DNA from: the human T2T-CHM13v2.0 reference genome, Homo sapiens
Length of the DNA stretch: 64,000 nucleotides
Reading direction: 5' to 3' (one strand)
NCBI RefSeq assembly: GCF_009914755.1
Contig: NC_060941.1
In this document: positions 1 through 28,228 of the stretch, piece after piece
How positions within the stretch are numbered: the first letter of the stretch is position 1
How the letters are laid out: the number at the start of each line of letters is the position of its first letter
Translations under genes and position numbers: made by a program
Notes under the pieces: model-generated
What the model saw: only the letters and a program-made list of their open reading frames with translations
The model's database searches: none
What the model was told of the DNA's origin: nothing

Positions 1-1052
1 CACTCTACTGTTAATGACAGATGTTCTGTTTTTATAACCTACCAAAAGGAAACTAGAGGCTTCTTGGTGAAGAGCATTTTTGTGAAGTGGGTTCTGCAAG
101 GAGCCTATAAAGCCAAGGGTGGTGTCCATTTCTGGGAATGGTTAAACACAAAAGGCTGATAGCTGGTATCACATAGTTGGAGTCAGTGCATAATTCCAAG
201 TGGCTTTTTTTTTTTTTGGCACGGGGACTGATCAGGAAGATATATTCCTGCATAACTCAATCTGAACCAAGGATTGTAGTTTAGTTTTCCTCCTTGCCTT
301 CCCTTCTGTGTGACCGACCCCTTGGCCAAAAAAAAACAAAAAGCAAAAAACAAAAACCTACCCTGTTCTGGTTTTTTTCCTCCCTTTAGTTCCACCCCCA
401 ACCCCCATTCCCTGGTGTCCTTCTTAGAGATGAAGAAATAATAAGGAAACATCTTTCATAGCCACATTAAATAAGAGAAACTGATATACATTATTTTTTT
501 CTTTTTAAAGATGACTTATAAGAACCCTGAAATTTATATAGGTGAGACAATAGAAATAAAAAGATCTTCAGCCAGGCCTTTCTGAAGGAGTTATTCTGCT
601 AAAAATGGTCTTAGTTGTCTGAAAAGCCAGCTCTTGAACCTCTTCACAACAGTATCAACACTGGCTTCTCCCGGTTCATTTTATGCGTGCGAGAAGTCAG
701 TGGTAACTGCTGCAGGGCTTAATACATTAGTGGTAACTGGTTTAAAAAACAAAGACTGTAAGCCTGTGTGTGCCACTGTTTGCTTCAACAGTATATCCTA
801 ATAAGCCTCACCTATTTAATCCAATGAGTTTTAAATCTAAATCTCATTCCCTTCTTCTTTCCCTACCTTTTTTTTCTTTTTTTCTTAAAAAAATATTTTG
901 TGTTATTAACAGAAATTCATATTTGGTGTGGCTTAACGGTATTTCAGAAGGTCATCAGATTGTGAGACTGCTTCCTTGAAACATTTTTGTGCTATTGTTT
1001 TAAAAAAATAATTAAAAAACAGTTGGCGTTAATAAAAATGTCAATGTGAAAC
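1..1052 (+). other. NPEPPS: 3' UTR end of upstream gene (probably NPEPPS, puromycin-sensitive aminopeptidase)
   Basis: Repeat-free AT-rich UTR-like sequence with AATAAA at 555-560 and 1031-1036, followed by U-rich sequence. Identity is inferred from the known human gene order NPEPPS-KPNB1; no NPEPPS coding sequence is in the window. Confidence 0.7.
1031..1036 (+). terminator. Polyadenylation signal AATAAA of upstream gene
   Basis: AATAAA followed ~30 nt later by a T-rich downstream element (cacttttattctctttcttt). Confidence 0.65.
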
Positions 1053-1544
1053 TGATGTCCTGATTCACTTTATTCTCTTTCTTTGATAAGAAACTAAAAA
1101 CTTTCCTATCATTCAGTAGGCTTATGCAAAGTTATACTATCATAGGATTTTTCAAATTCAAAAAAAATCCAGTTCCTTAATTCCTAATTTATAGATCTTA
1201 ACAGAAAAATCCTGAGATTCATTCTAAATCAGTTCTACATTCTCAAAACTCTCTCAGAGACTCTTATAGTCAGCATTCAGGAATGAACTTGAGACTTCCT
1301 CAGTCCCTAGTTTTGAGGCACCCTAGTTCAGGCACCATGCTCAGGGCTGCCCTTAGGCTCTCAAATGTTCTTAAGGCACCAGTGAAGCAGGGGCACCAAA
1401 AAGACTGAGAAAAATGCAGGTTTAATTGAAGAACTCAGAATTTTGCAATCAGAAATTCTGGAAACAGGTTATTTTACTTTCAGCATACATGTGATTTTTG
1501 TCTGTAATAATAGTTAAGTAGTTTGAATTACGTTCAGGGAGAGG

Positions 1545-2620
<1,076 letters not shown>

Positions 2621-3292
2621 TTGGGCACAATAGCCCTGCTGCTTTGGGTCTCTAAAGGTTTTAATTCAGCCTTTTCTGTGTCAGATGTTTTGTTTTTCAA
2701 ATAGCTCCCTATCATAAGTCATACACCCATTTTACAGATGAGAATGCAGACTCAGAAAAGTAAGGCAAATTAATACAGCAAAATAACTATCAACCAGTGA
2801 TCAAGCCAGGTTTGCTAGTCTCCAAAGGCTGTGGTCTTTCAGGGAACTGCCATGTCTCCACAATTAAAAGATCATAGTTAGACTGGGCCAGGCAATAGCA
2901 TTAAAGCTTAATTACTTTTTCCTAATATATTTTGGTTACAAATTTTAGTGGAAATCAGAAGGTTTGGAAGAAACAAGTATGTTAATGCCTCCTATGGAGA
3001 GTTTTACATTATTTTTCATTAATGAGATTCAGTAAAGCTTTTTGGAACAGTGGGCAGTGGTGGGGTGAATTCTCAACTTGCAATTTCTAAGGATAGGTTT
3101 TAGGGAGCAAGGAATAAATCTGTTGAGTACAACTTGGGGAGGATTAAGAGGAGTTCTATAGCTCTAAATAGATTCTTCAAATTCTATAACCCAAAAAGTT
3201 TCCAGAATTACCAGAAAGACATCATGGAGCCACATGTAAGTGCTAATGTTTTTTGTTTTTATTTTTTAGCAAGTTATTAAATAAAAGCAAGT

Positions 3293-3939
<647 letters not shown>

Positions 3940-4764
3940 TTATACTGCTGAATCTATACTTACAGCGTCACTCTTGACTGAAAAATATATTGCTTGATAG
4001 AACTGAATCTCTTCCTTTACTAGATACTAGTTTTAGGGTTTCAGAGTTGGTTTTCTCTAAATAAGAGTATTTGTGACAATGCAAAATACCCACCCAAGAA
4101 GGACCGTGCCTTCTTGTACCAACCCTGGTGCAAGCAAAATGATTGAGGTGTTTGGTTTCAAATGCAAGAATAAGAGCCTTGATGTTAACAAAACATTGAG
4201 CCGAACAACTGCCTTCCCTAGGAAACCAAATCAGAGGACTGGTTGTTCTACCAGTTTGATGGCCAGTGTTGTGATAGGTGACAGTGTCAGGTGAAGGAAA
4301 GTCAAGTGAGTTGTTACTGCCACTTACAAAGACCTGTGATTGCTCCTGTGATTCCACTGCAAGTATATGGCAGCTGTAGCTTTCACTACTGGGCTTCTGT
4401 TTCCAACACTGGGGAGGAATTGGCAGAGAATGAACATAGTTTACTATCATGATCTGTGCTTTCTCAGGGAGGTTGTAGCAGCTAACAGCAGATATACTAT
4501 ACATCAATTAAGATGACTACCAGGAAGAAAAAAATAATCCTTGCCGTGGTTTGGCTGACAGTACCAATATGGTCCTCTGAGACATCCCCTACCCCTACTC
4601 TAACCACCTTTAACCTTCATCACCAATTTGACAAATTTTACAGGTGTATTACGTTACACTGCAATTCTGGGCAACTCTTAATAGGGCACTGATTACCTTG
4701 CATTATTTGTACTCATCTGGACATTCTCTTCCTTAATGTTTATTAGCCTGTACTTTTAAAGTTA

Positions 4765-5645
<881 letters not shown>

Positions 5646-5934
5646 TAAGGAGAAGAAAAAATCAGTATGTGGAGTGGCTATTAGGTTAGTGGGAGAAGTC
5701 TCAAGAACACCATACAAAATAATAGAAGGGAGATGGAAGGAAACAACTTACAAGAAAATGTACAAAGCACTTAAAATATTTGAGATGAATGAGAATGGAT
5801 GAGATTGCTGTTGCTTTTCTAACAGGTCAATTTCCTCTTCTATCAGCAGAGCACTTGTAAGTCAGAATGTAAAGGGATGTGATAGGATGAAGTTAATACT
5901 GTGCCCTCTACAAGTGTAAAGAAGTTCTTTGTTT

Positions 5935-6535
5935 TCTTCTTTTTTGTCTTGAGATGATCTCTTTGTCACCCAGGCTGGAGTGCAGTGGTGCGATCCTGGC
6001 TCACTGCGCAGTGGTGCGATCCTGGCTCACTGCAGCCTTGAACTTCTGGGCTTAAGGGATCCTCCCACCTCAGCCTCCTGAGTAGCTGGGACTAGAGGTG
6101 TGTGCCACCACACCCACTAATTTAATTTGTTAATTTTGTGGAGGTGGGGTTTCACCATGTTGCCCAGGCTTGTCTCGAACTCCTAGGCTCACGTGATCCC
6201 AAGTTACTGGGATTACAGGCATGAGCCATCTTGCCCCGCCTTAGTTCATTTTTTTTTTTTTTGAGATGGAGTCTTGCTCTGTTGCCCAGGCTGGAGTGCA
6301 ATGGCGTGATCTTGGCTCACTGCAACCTCCGCCTCCCAGGGTCAAGCGATTCTCCCACCTTCAGCCACCCAAGTAGCTGGGCTTACAGGCATGCACCACC
6401 TGTCTGGCTAATTTTTGTATTTTTAGTAGACATGAGGTTTCGCCATGCTGGCCAGGCTGGTCTTGAACTCCTGACCGCCCACCTGGGCCTCCCAAAGTGC
6501 TGGGATTACAGGCGTGAGCCACTGCGCCTGGCCTC
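5935..6535 (-). mobile_element. Two antisense Alu elements
   Basis: T-rich heads followed by reverse-complement Alu consensus. Confidence 0.93.
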
Positions 6536-6664
6536 TTAGTTCATTCTTATAACAGTAACAGAGTAGACAGACTATTGGATAAACAACGAAATAGTACATG
6601 ACTTAGATCTCTTGGCTACCAAACCTGGCCTTCTCTTAATTTCTTACTCTCAGCAAATGGAAGA

Positions 6665-7122
<458 letters not shown>

Positions 7123-7175
7123 GAGCTACACCTCATATATCCAAGTGTATTTTTTTGTGTATCACTGAAAGTAAT

Positions 7176-7385
7176 AGCTTGGGCAACATGGTGAGACTCT
7201 GTCTCTACAAAAGATTGAAAAAATTAACTGAGTGTGGTAGCACACACCTGTAGCCCCAACTGCTTAGAAGACTGAGGTTGGGAGATCACTTGAGTCCAGG
7301 AGGTGGAGGCGGCAGTGAGCCATGTTCGTGCCACTGCACTATAGAGCCTGGGCAACAAAATGAGACCCTGTCTCCAAAAAACAAA
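7176..7385 (+). mobile_element. 5'-truncated Alu
   Basis: Partial Alu consensus with A-tail. Confidence 0.9.
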
Positions 7386-8774
7386 GTTACATTTTTACTA
7401 ATCTTGTAACAAATTGCTGATCACCTAAGAACATTTTATCACTAACCCCTATTCATTTAAAATTTTATTTTTCATGAATGTAATACATGTCGTATTCATT
7501 TTCCAAAAATTGAAGGAAAAAAAAGTGACTCTCTTCTTACAAACTCCTCTACGTTTTTATACTCTATGCATTTTGAATATTTTTAGTAATGAAGATAGGC
7601 TGTGCCTCCTTCACTTGTCTGACCATGTAACCAGTGCCACGTGTTTTCAGTCTTTGCTGTATGAAACTAAATGTGCCATGCTCAGAGCTGCCACCCGTGT
7701 CCTAAGTCACGAAGCTAATCACCAAAGACTACTTGTGAACAAAGTAACAGCTGGCAAATGCATACCTTGAGAAGTGTTTCTTCCTTGTTTAGAGTCACTG
7801 GTTCATGAATGTTTTCCAGCCTGACTTCCTGATGTTAAATGCCAGTTTTGTGGACTGCACACATTTGAAGAACGTGACTTTAAGTTCCTGGTTCAATTAG
7901 TTTAAGTGGCTCATGTAATGAATTCACTCAATGTACTTCCCTCACTGGAGATGTGAACTGCACTATATTTGGAACTAACACTTGCAATCCTATACACTGT
8001 TGCCTGGGTGTTGAGCTACAAATTTTGGTTAATATCACCATTAACTAGATTCAGGAAGTTATATGATGATGAATTTCACAAAGATTTTGGTGAAGAGAGA
8101 TGTGACTGGTTTGAAAAAAAGGGGGGTGAGGGTATTCTTCTCATAGGTTCCCAATGTGCAGGGACTTCAGCTTGCTGACACTGTTGAATGAGGCCATGCG
8201 TTCCTCCCACTGGGGCTTGCTTACCTGCTGACACCTGCCACGCCAGCCTGAGCAACTGTGTTGCCCTGACTCCTAGGCTTACCCCCGTTAACTTGGTGAC
8301 TACACCTCACTGCTTCCAACAAATAAAACAAATGTGCCATCCATCCAGAAATGCCCCAAGTGTGCACTAAACCCAGGAAAGACCTGAGATAGGAATAATC
8401 TAGGTAGCTTTAAATGTTCCTGTTCTCTAGGATCCAAACTTAGCCATCCCCACTAAGATGCTGGGCAAACGTTCTCATTGGTACATAAGCATCACAGAAG
8501 GCTGGTGAGAAGGGGACCAGCCTTTTCTAGTCATTATCAAATAATACAGCAGCACTGTGCTCCAGCCTCACAGGCTGCTATCTGATGGGACGGGTGTGCA
8601 TTTTGGCCACTGATCAAAAGACCTTGGTTATCACAAGAACCTTATCAGAAAAGCCCCACAGCATTAAACCTGAGTGCAGTATTCAAGGCAAGGTTCTGAT
8701 GGATTTGTTCAATGGCTATGGGATTCAGATGGCAGACACTACATAGTTGCAAAAGCTTTTACTGCAGAAGGAAA

Positions 8775-9105
8775 TGCCTATTATACTAGATATTGAGGCT
8801 ACAGTATCAAATAAGGTAGACTTGGTCTCTGCCCTAATGGAGCTTACAATCTAGCAGCGACAAGAGATATCGAATGAGTAATTTTAAGTGTGCCAACTCT
8901 GGAGTGGGAAGTTTAGTGTGCTATACCAGACAGTTCAAAGTAGCCTGAAGGTTCAGGAAAGTCTCCCTGGAGAAATGTTAAACTGAAACATGAAAGATGA
9001 GTAGTTGCCAGGCAAAGAGGAGAGAAAAAGTGTTATTAGCAGAAGAAACAGCATGTGCAACGGGCCTGTAGTTAGAAGGAAGCAGACCTATTTAAGAAAG
9101 CAAAA
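8775..9105. mobile_element. L2 fragment
   Basis: ggtctctgccctaatggagcttacaatctag and related L2 3'-end motifs. Confidence 0.6.
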
Positions 9106-9108
9106 GAG

Positions 9109-10575
<1,467 letters not shown>

Positions 10576-10624
10576 ATTCTCCAAAAAAAGTAAAAATATT
10601 CAGGACTCTAACTAAGGAACAATG

Positions 10625-10745
10625 GGAGAACATCACATTCCTCACCTGTAAAGTGGGAATAATAACAACAGTTATCTCATAGTTATCAGGGAGCAAAATG
10701 AGAATAATACAAATAAAAGGTCTTTTTAAGTTATAAAGCATTATA
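10625..10745 (+). mobile_element. MIR fragment
   Basis: ttcctcacctgtaaagtgggaataata MIR core. Confidence 0.7.
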
Positions 10746-10930
10746 GGAATACTACTAAGATTATATTATTAGTAATAAGAAGTTGTGCTGCTTTCTTAAT
10801 AGAACCCAAGAGTTCAAATCTCCTCATAATGGGAATATGAAATACCCTCTAAAACCCTGACCTGCTCCAGGGAACTGATGGAAAGGTCATAAGTTTATTT
10901 CAGTTGAAACTTCCAGTGTGAGACTTATGA

Positions 10931-11658
<728 letters not shown>

Positions 11659-12334
11659 AGCTCAGCTTTTATAGCAGCTGCCATCATTCCAGAAATGTTA
11701 CACTCTGAGCTGTTCATGGCAAAATCATCATCCCAATTGGTGCCTGCTTTATTACACTTTAGGAGAAATTCCACCTATTTCCAAATATGTGATACTTTAT
11801 TCTTGCAATGGTTCCGAGTAGTAGGCACAACAAGTAGTCAAATTTCACAGAATGGATGAGAAACCTGGAGTTTACCTCTCCAGACCAGCCCTGACATGTC
11901 ACCATGGAGAAACATAAGGGCTCATTTTGGGCCATTTCCTCTCTGCCTGCAAAATATGAAACATTACCCAAGTATAGGAGGGCAGAGCTTCTGCCCAGAT
12001 AGGCATGTGATTTACCATTACCACAACCCTCTTGCTAACTGTGAGTAGAACAAACTAAACACAGTTCTTCCCCAGAGAGGTCACTGACTACTCTAAATGT
12101 TCTATAGTACTATACCCCAGAGGTTGCAAACTTGCATTTTTTTTCTTGACCTACACAATGCTTTCAAAGTCTTTTTGAAATTTTATTTACTTATTTATTT
12201 TATTTTCTCATGTGGCCAGTGGGTGGGAAGACCAAAAACCCTCAATCTGCTTGAAAATTTCCATTCCAGCTTTAAAAAATCGAGGTATTTTAAATAAAAA
12301 TCCAGATTACCAGCTTTTCTTGAAAAATCACCAT

Positions 12335-12825
<491 letters not shown>

Positions 12826-13024
12826 TGGTTACATAGCATTCAGTCACTTACACAGCACTGCCACATCCTTGTGATCTGCACTGTGGTTGATGTTTTTATT
12901 ATCATCTCTTCCACCCTCCCATTTTTCAGAAAAGGACCTGAGTTCCAGAGAGTGCTTTACCCAAGGTCACACAAGTCATCACTGGAAACTCTGTCAAAAC
13001 CCAGCTGTTCTGAATACTCAGTGA

Positions 13025-13730
<706 letters not shown>

Positions 13731-14439
13731 TTTAATTCAAACATTTATTAACTTAATGCTTTAATTTACTAATTGAATTTCATTAATTCAATTCCTAGTT
13801 AACCAAAAGAAACCCAGGATAGCTGGAACAAAGAGGACTCATGCTGGCTGGAGTGCAGGCAGGACGGCTGGAAAGTAGCCATCTTGGACCATAAAGAGGA
13901 AAGCCCATGTTATGCTGGGCTTGGTGGAAATCGACACACTTTGTTTATGCCTCTGGATATATTATTCACCGCTGGGCAATTTAGCCTACTATGATTATGT
14001 TTTGTTTCTTTGTTAGTTAAAAAAAATTTCATGGAGTCAATTATACCTAAAAACAAAATTGGGATTTATTTGCTTAGTTTTCTATGTTCCAATCATGAAT
14101 TTATTCTCCATCATTCACTAAAAGTGTAGATTTTTCCTGTATTCATTTCATCTTATTTCTTGGGTACCTCCCTCCTGGAGGCTTTTGTCCTCTGGCTCCA
14201 GCCTTACTGATTGCTCCCTAGGCCTGCTGCCAGGCCAGCTATCACCCTAGGATTTCCCTTCATTATCATCTTGGAGACTTTCTTATTTCTCACCTATACT
14301 GGAATATCCTGTTGCCTGGATCACGTCTTCCTGTTTCTTGGTTTATTCTCTTATTCTGGTGCACCACATCCTCCAGTAGTTTCCTGAGAAAGGGTACATG
14401 GATAGGAAATAAGATTTCACGTATCTGAAAATATGCTTT

Positions 14440-15838
<1,399 letters not shown>

Positions 15839-15844
15839 TAGATC

Positions 15845-18800
<2,956 letters not shown>

Positions 18801-18829
18801 TCATGTTTTGTGGCAGAATAGGAAATTTT

Positions 18830-19708
<879 letters not shown>

Positions 19709-19840
19709 AGCCTTAGTTTCTTGACTGTAAAAAAGGCACAATAGGAGTACCTATTTTGGAGGGTTGCTGGGAGGATTAAATGAGTTACTATATGTAAAGA
19801 GCCTTGAACAATACAAAGAGTAAGTGTTTTAAAAACATCA

Positions 19841-20500
<660 letters not shown>

Positions 20501-20566
20501 TTACTATGTGCTAGGCAGGAAACACAGGAATTTATATGACATGGCTTCTAACCTTGAGGAGCTATA

Positions 20567-21112
20567 AATGTGGTTCTCAATTGTGGGGAGGATTTAGCAG
20601 GGATTCACTCCCTTCCTAGGAGTTATTCTGTAACATCTGGAGACATTTTTGATTGTCCCACCATGACTTGGTGGGAGACGAGCCAGTGGAACTTAGTAGG
20701 CAGGGGCCAGAAATGCTGCTAAACATTCTGAAATGAACAGGACAGCTTCCCCAAAGGTAATTATGTGAGGGCAGGCACAGTGGCTCATGCCTATAATCCC
20801 AGCACTTTGGGAAACCGAAGCGGGTGGATCACTTGAGGCCAGGAGTTCGATACAAGCCTGGGCAACACAGCAAAACCCCGTCTCTACAAAAAATACAAAA
20901 ATTAGCCATGTGTGGTGGTGCATGCCTGTAATCCCAGCTACTCAGGAGGTTACCCAGCTACTGGGAGGCAGAGGTCACAGTGAGCCAAGATCACGCCATG
21001 GCACTCCAGTCTGAACAAGAGTGAGACTCTGCTCTCTGCCACCACCCGCCCCCCAACACCCACAAAAAAAAGAATTATGTTGTCCAAAATAATCAAGGTT
21101 GAGAAACCCTGA
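20567..21112. mobile_element. MER20-like hAT-Charlie element interrupted by a + strand Alu (~20768-21070)
   Basis: gtggttctcaa ... tctggagacatttttgattgtc ... atgctgctaaacat ... ggttgagaaaccctg. Confidence 0.75.
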
Positions 21113-21513
21113 GTCATAGTCTAACTCAGGACAAAAGATACATGCATACATACAAATTGTACAAGGCAGACAATCAAAATAGAGCATTATGCAATTATAC
21201 ATATAAAAAAAAAAACAGAAAAGATAGAATAGCCCTGGGCCAGAGTACAGGATTCCCTGTGACACCCGGCCAGGAAGACAGGCCTCAGTGAACTTCCAGT
21301 TTTGGGACCCAGTGGACATACTTCAACGATTTGCAACTTTTAGCTTATTCTATCAGTAGGTACCTTTTTTAAAGGTTAAGTCAAAGTTAAAAGGCTTCAC
21401 TTCTGCATTGCACTACCAGTGTGAAAATGTACTGGGGCCAGTTCACATATGTTTAATTCATATTATCTTTTCAATGCAACTTGATAAAGAGTTGAGTCAA
21501 TTTAAAATTCTTA

Positions 21514-22558
<1,045 letters not shown>

Positions 22559-22559
22559 A

Positions 22560-23110
22560 TCACCAAGCTCAATTAATTTCGATATCTCTTTGTGTTTCTA
22601 CCATTACTTCCACCCTTCTCCTTTTCACAAGTATCATGTCCTATGTGATTACTGCAACGGCCTCCTAACTGGTCTCCCTGCATCTGCTCTTTCCCCTTCC
22701 CACCCAATCTCGACATTGTAATGACCATCCTTCTTAAAACCTTTCAATAGCTCTCCTTTGCTCTTAGGATATAGACAAAACCACTTGCATGGCAGGGAAG
22801 ATCTTATATGGTCTTGCCTCCACTCAAAACTAGCTCAACTCAATCCCTTGTTCTCTGTTTTGGGGACACTGGCATTCTTGCAGTAACTTGTAATCCCCAA
22901 GCTCCTTCCCACGAGAGTCTCCATACACACTATTCCTCTCTTCTTCACCTGAGTAACTCTCTTCCCTTCCTCAGCTAAGCTTTCCCTGAACTCCCTGACT
23001 GGAACCTTCCTTGACATGTGTCACTTTTACAACTTTACATGTTTGAGAGATTAAATGATTAAAGTCTATCTTCCCTAATAGACCAAGGACCACTCACTTA
23101 GCACAAAATA
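22560..23110. mobile_element. L2 fragment
   Basis: ttactgcaacggcctcctaactggtctccctgc and cttaaaacctttcaatagctc L2 motifs. Confidence 0.65.
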
Positions 23111-23188
23111 CATGGTAAGGAGATAACAGCCAATGCATACATAACATGCTAGACTGGCATTCACCATGTCTTTTATTTATTTTTTTAA

Positions 23189-26531
<3,343 letters not shown>

Positions 26532-26850
26532 TAAGAAAAGGCATTCATGAGTTTCTTCCGGGGTTGAGAACTGAAACAGGTTAAGAACCACAATCCTTTA
26601 TTCCTGTACACACATTCTTTCTGGTTCGAGGTTGGGCCTTTACAGGGTACTTTTGGAGGGTGAAACATTTCCATCCTGTCAAGTACCTGGTAGCTATGGA
26701 TGGGGGGTCTAAGAGGAGGAATCCCTTAGCTCACCCCTAAGCAAGTCAGATTTATCACAGCACAGGTCTCAAGCCCCATATAAGCAGGCTTAGGGGACTC
26801 CTTGGAGAGGAAGCTGCTTGTAGGGACAAGGGCCGTCAGGAGAGCTTGAG

Positions 26851-26998
26851 CTTATCAAGCCACTAACCAGCTGTGTGACCTTGGACAAGTTCCAGACCCT
26901 CTCTGGGCTCCTGAACCCATTCCTTACCAAGCCATTAACCAGCTGTGTGACCTTGGACAAGTTCCATACCCTCTCTGGGCTTCAGTTTCCACATCTAC
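26851..26998 (+). repeat. 72-bp-period tandem duplication of a MIR core
   Basis: caagccactaaccagctgtgtgaccttggacaagttcca.accctctctgggct occurs twice (26851, 26923). Confidence 0.85.
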
Positions 26999-28028
26999 AC
27001 ATTGGCAGTGGAGCCACATGGCCTTACGGATCCCTCCCAGCCGAAAGCAGGGTACCAAGCCGACCTAGCCATTAAAGCAGCTTCCTGTGGGCGCGGCGCA
27101 GGACTTCAACAGTCCCCCCTCCCCCGCTCAGGCCCGCGAAAACCTCGCGCAACACGCCCCTCGGAGCGACGGCGCTTACCCAACCGCAGCCCCAGCGCTC
27201 GAACCCAGCTCCGCCTCTTCCCGGGGGCGTCCCATCGTGCCCCGCGCCGGGCTCCTAGGGTTGCCGGGCACCTCCCGCCTTCCCGCGCCCCGACCCCGAA
27301 CTCCTCTCCTTAGTTCTCCCGGGCACCCTATCCTATCAACGCCTACTATCCCAGCCAATCGCGCAGGATCCGAGTCGTGCCTCCGGTCCACCCTCCTCCC
27401 AGCGCTCAGCCGGTCTGAGCTCAAGGCCTTTACCAAGCCCACCCAATCAACGGCGGGCTCTCTCCTACCCCATCCCAATCTCCCTCCCCTCGGCCAATCC
27501 GCGCGCTCCATTCCGCTGCCCGCCCAGCCAACCCGGGCCTTGAAACCAGCAGGCGAATGGGCGCGAGACGGCCCTTCGACGCTGAGCGCCTGGCCAGTTA
27601 GGGATTCCGCGTGGCCAGGACAACGGCCAATCGTCGTGGAGCGCGGCGCCTCCGCGGAGAGGTCCGGTCCGAATATCCCTCCGCCTTCCTCCCTCCCTCG
27701 CTCCCTCCCTGCGCGCCGCCTCTCACTCACAGCCTCCCTTCCTTCTTTCTCCCTCCGCCTCCCGAGCACCAGCGCGCTCTGAGCTGCCCCCAGGGTCCCT
27801 CCCCCGCCGCCAGCAGCCCATTTGGAGGGAGGAAGTAAGGGAAGAGGAGAGGAAGGGGAGCCGGACCGACTACCCAGACAGAGCCGGTGAATGGGTTTGT
27901 GGTGACCCCCGCCCCCCACCCCACCCTCCCTTCCCACCCGACCCCCAACCCCCATCCCCAGTTCGAGCCGCCGCCCGAAAGGCCGGGCCGTCGTCTTAGG
28001 AGGAGTCGCCGCCGCCGCCACCTCCGCC

Positions 28029-28068
28029 ATGGAGCTGATCACCATTCTCGAGAAGACCGTGTCTCCCG
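28029..28068 (+). CDS. KPNB1: Importin beta-1 exon 1 (coding part)
   Basis: Kozak ccgccATGG; MELITILEKTVSP; donor gtagga. Confidence 0.98.
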
Positions 28069-28169
28069 GTAGGACGCAGGAGCCGGGGGTAGGGCTGAGG
28101 TGATTGGGGTGGGGGAGGGGAGGCCCGGCCCCTCTGACCCCGCTCCGTCTCCCACTTTCCTCCCCCTAG

Positions 28170-28228
28170 ATCGGCTGGAGCTGGAAGCGGCGCAGAAGTT
28201 CCTGGAGCGTGCGGCCGTGGAGAACCTG
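28170..28228 (+). CDS. KPNB1: Importin beta-1 exon 2
   Basis: ctag acceptor; DRLELEAAQKFLERAAVENL; donor gtgcgt. Confidence 0.98.

Noticed and set aside
3968-4507. 179-aa minus-strand ORF in non-Alu sequence
   Set aside because: No recognisable protein similarity, splice context or promoter
7560-8770. Repeat-poor island with E-box, ETS and partial CTCF-like motifs
   Set aside because: Short motif matches only; an enhancer cannot be supported without chromatin or conservation data
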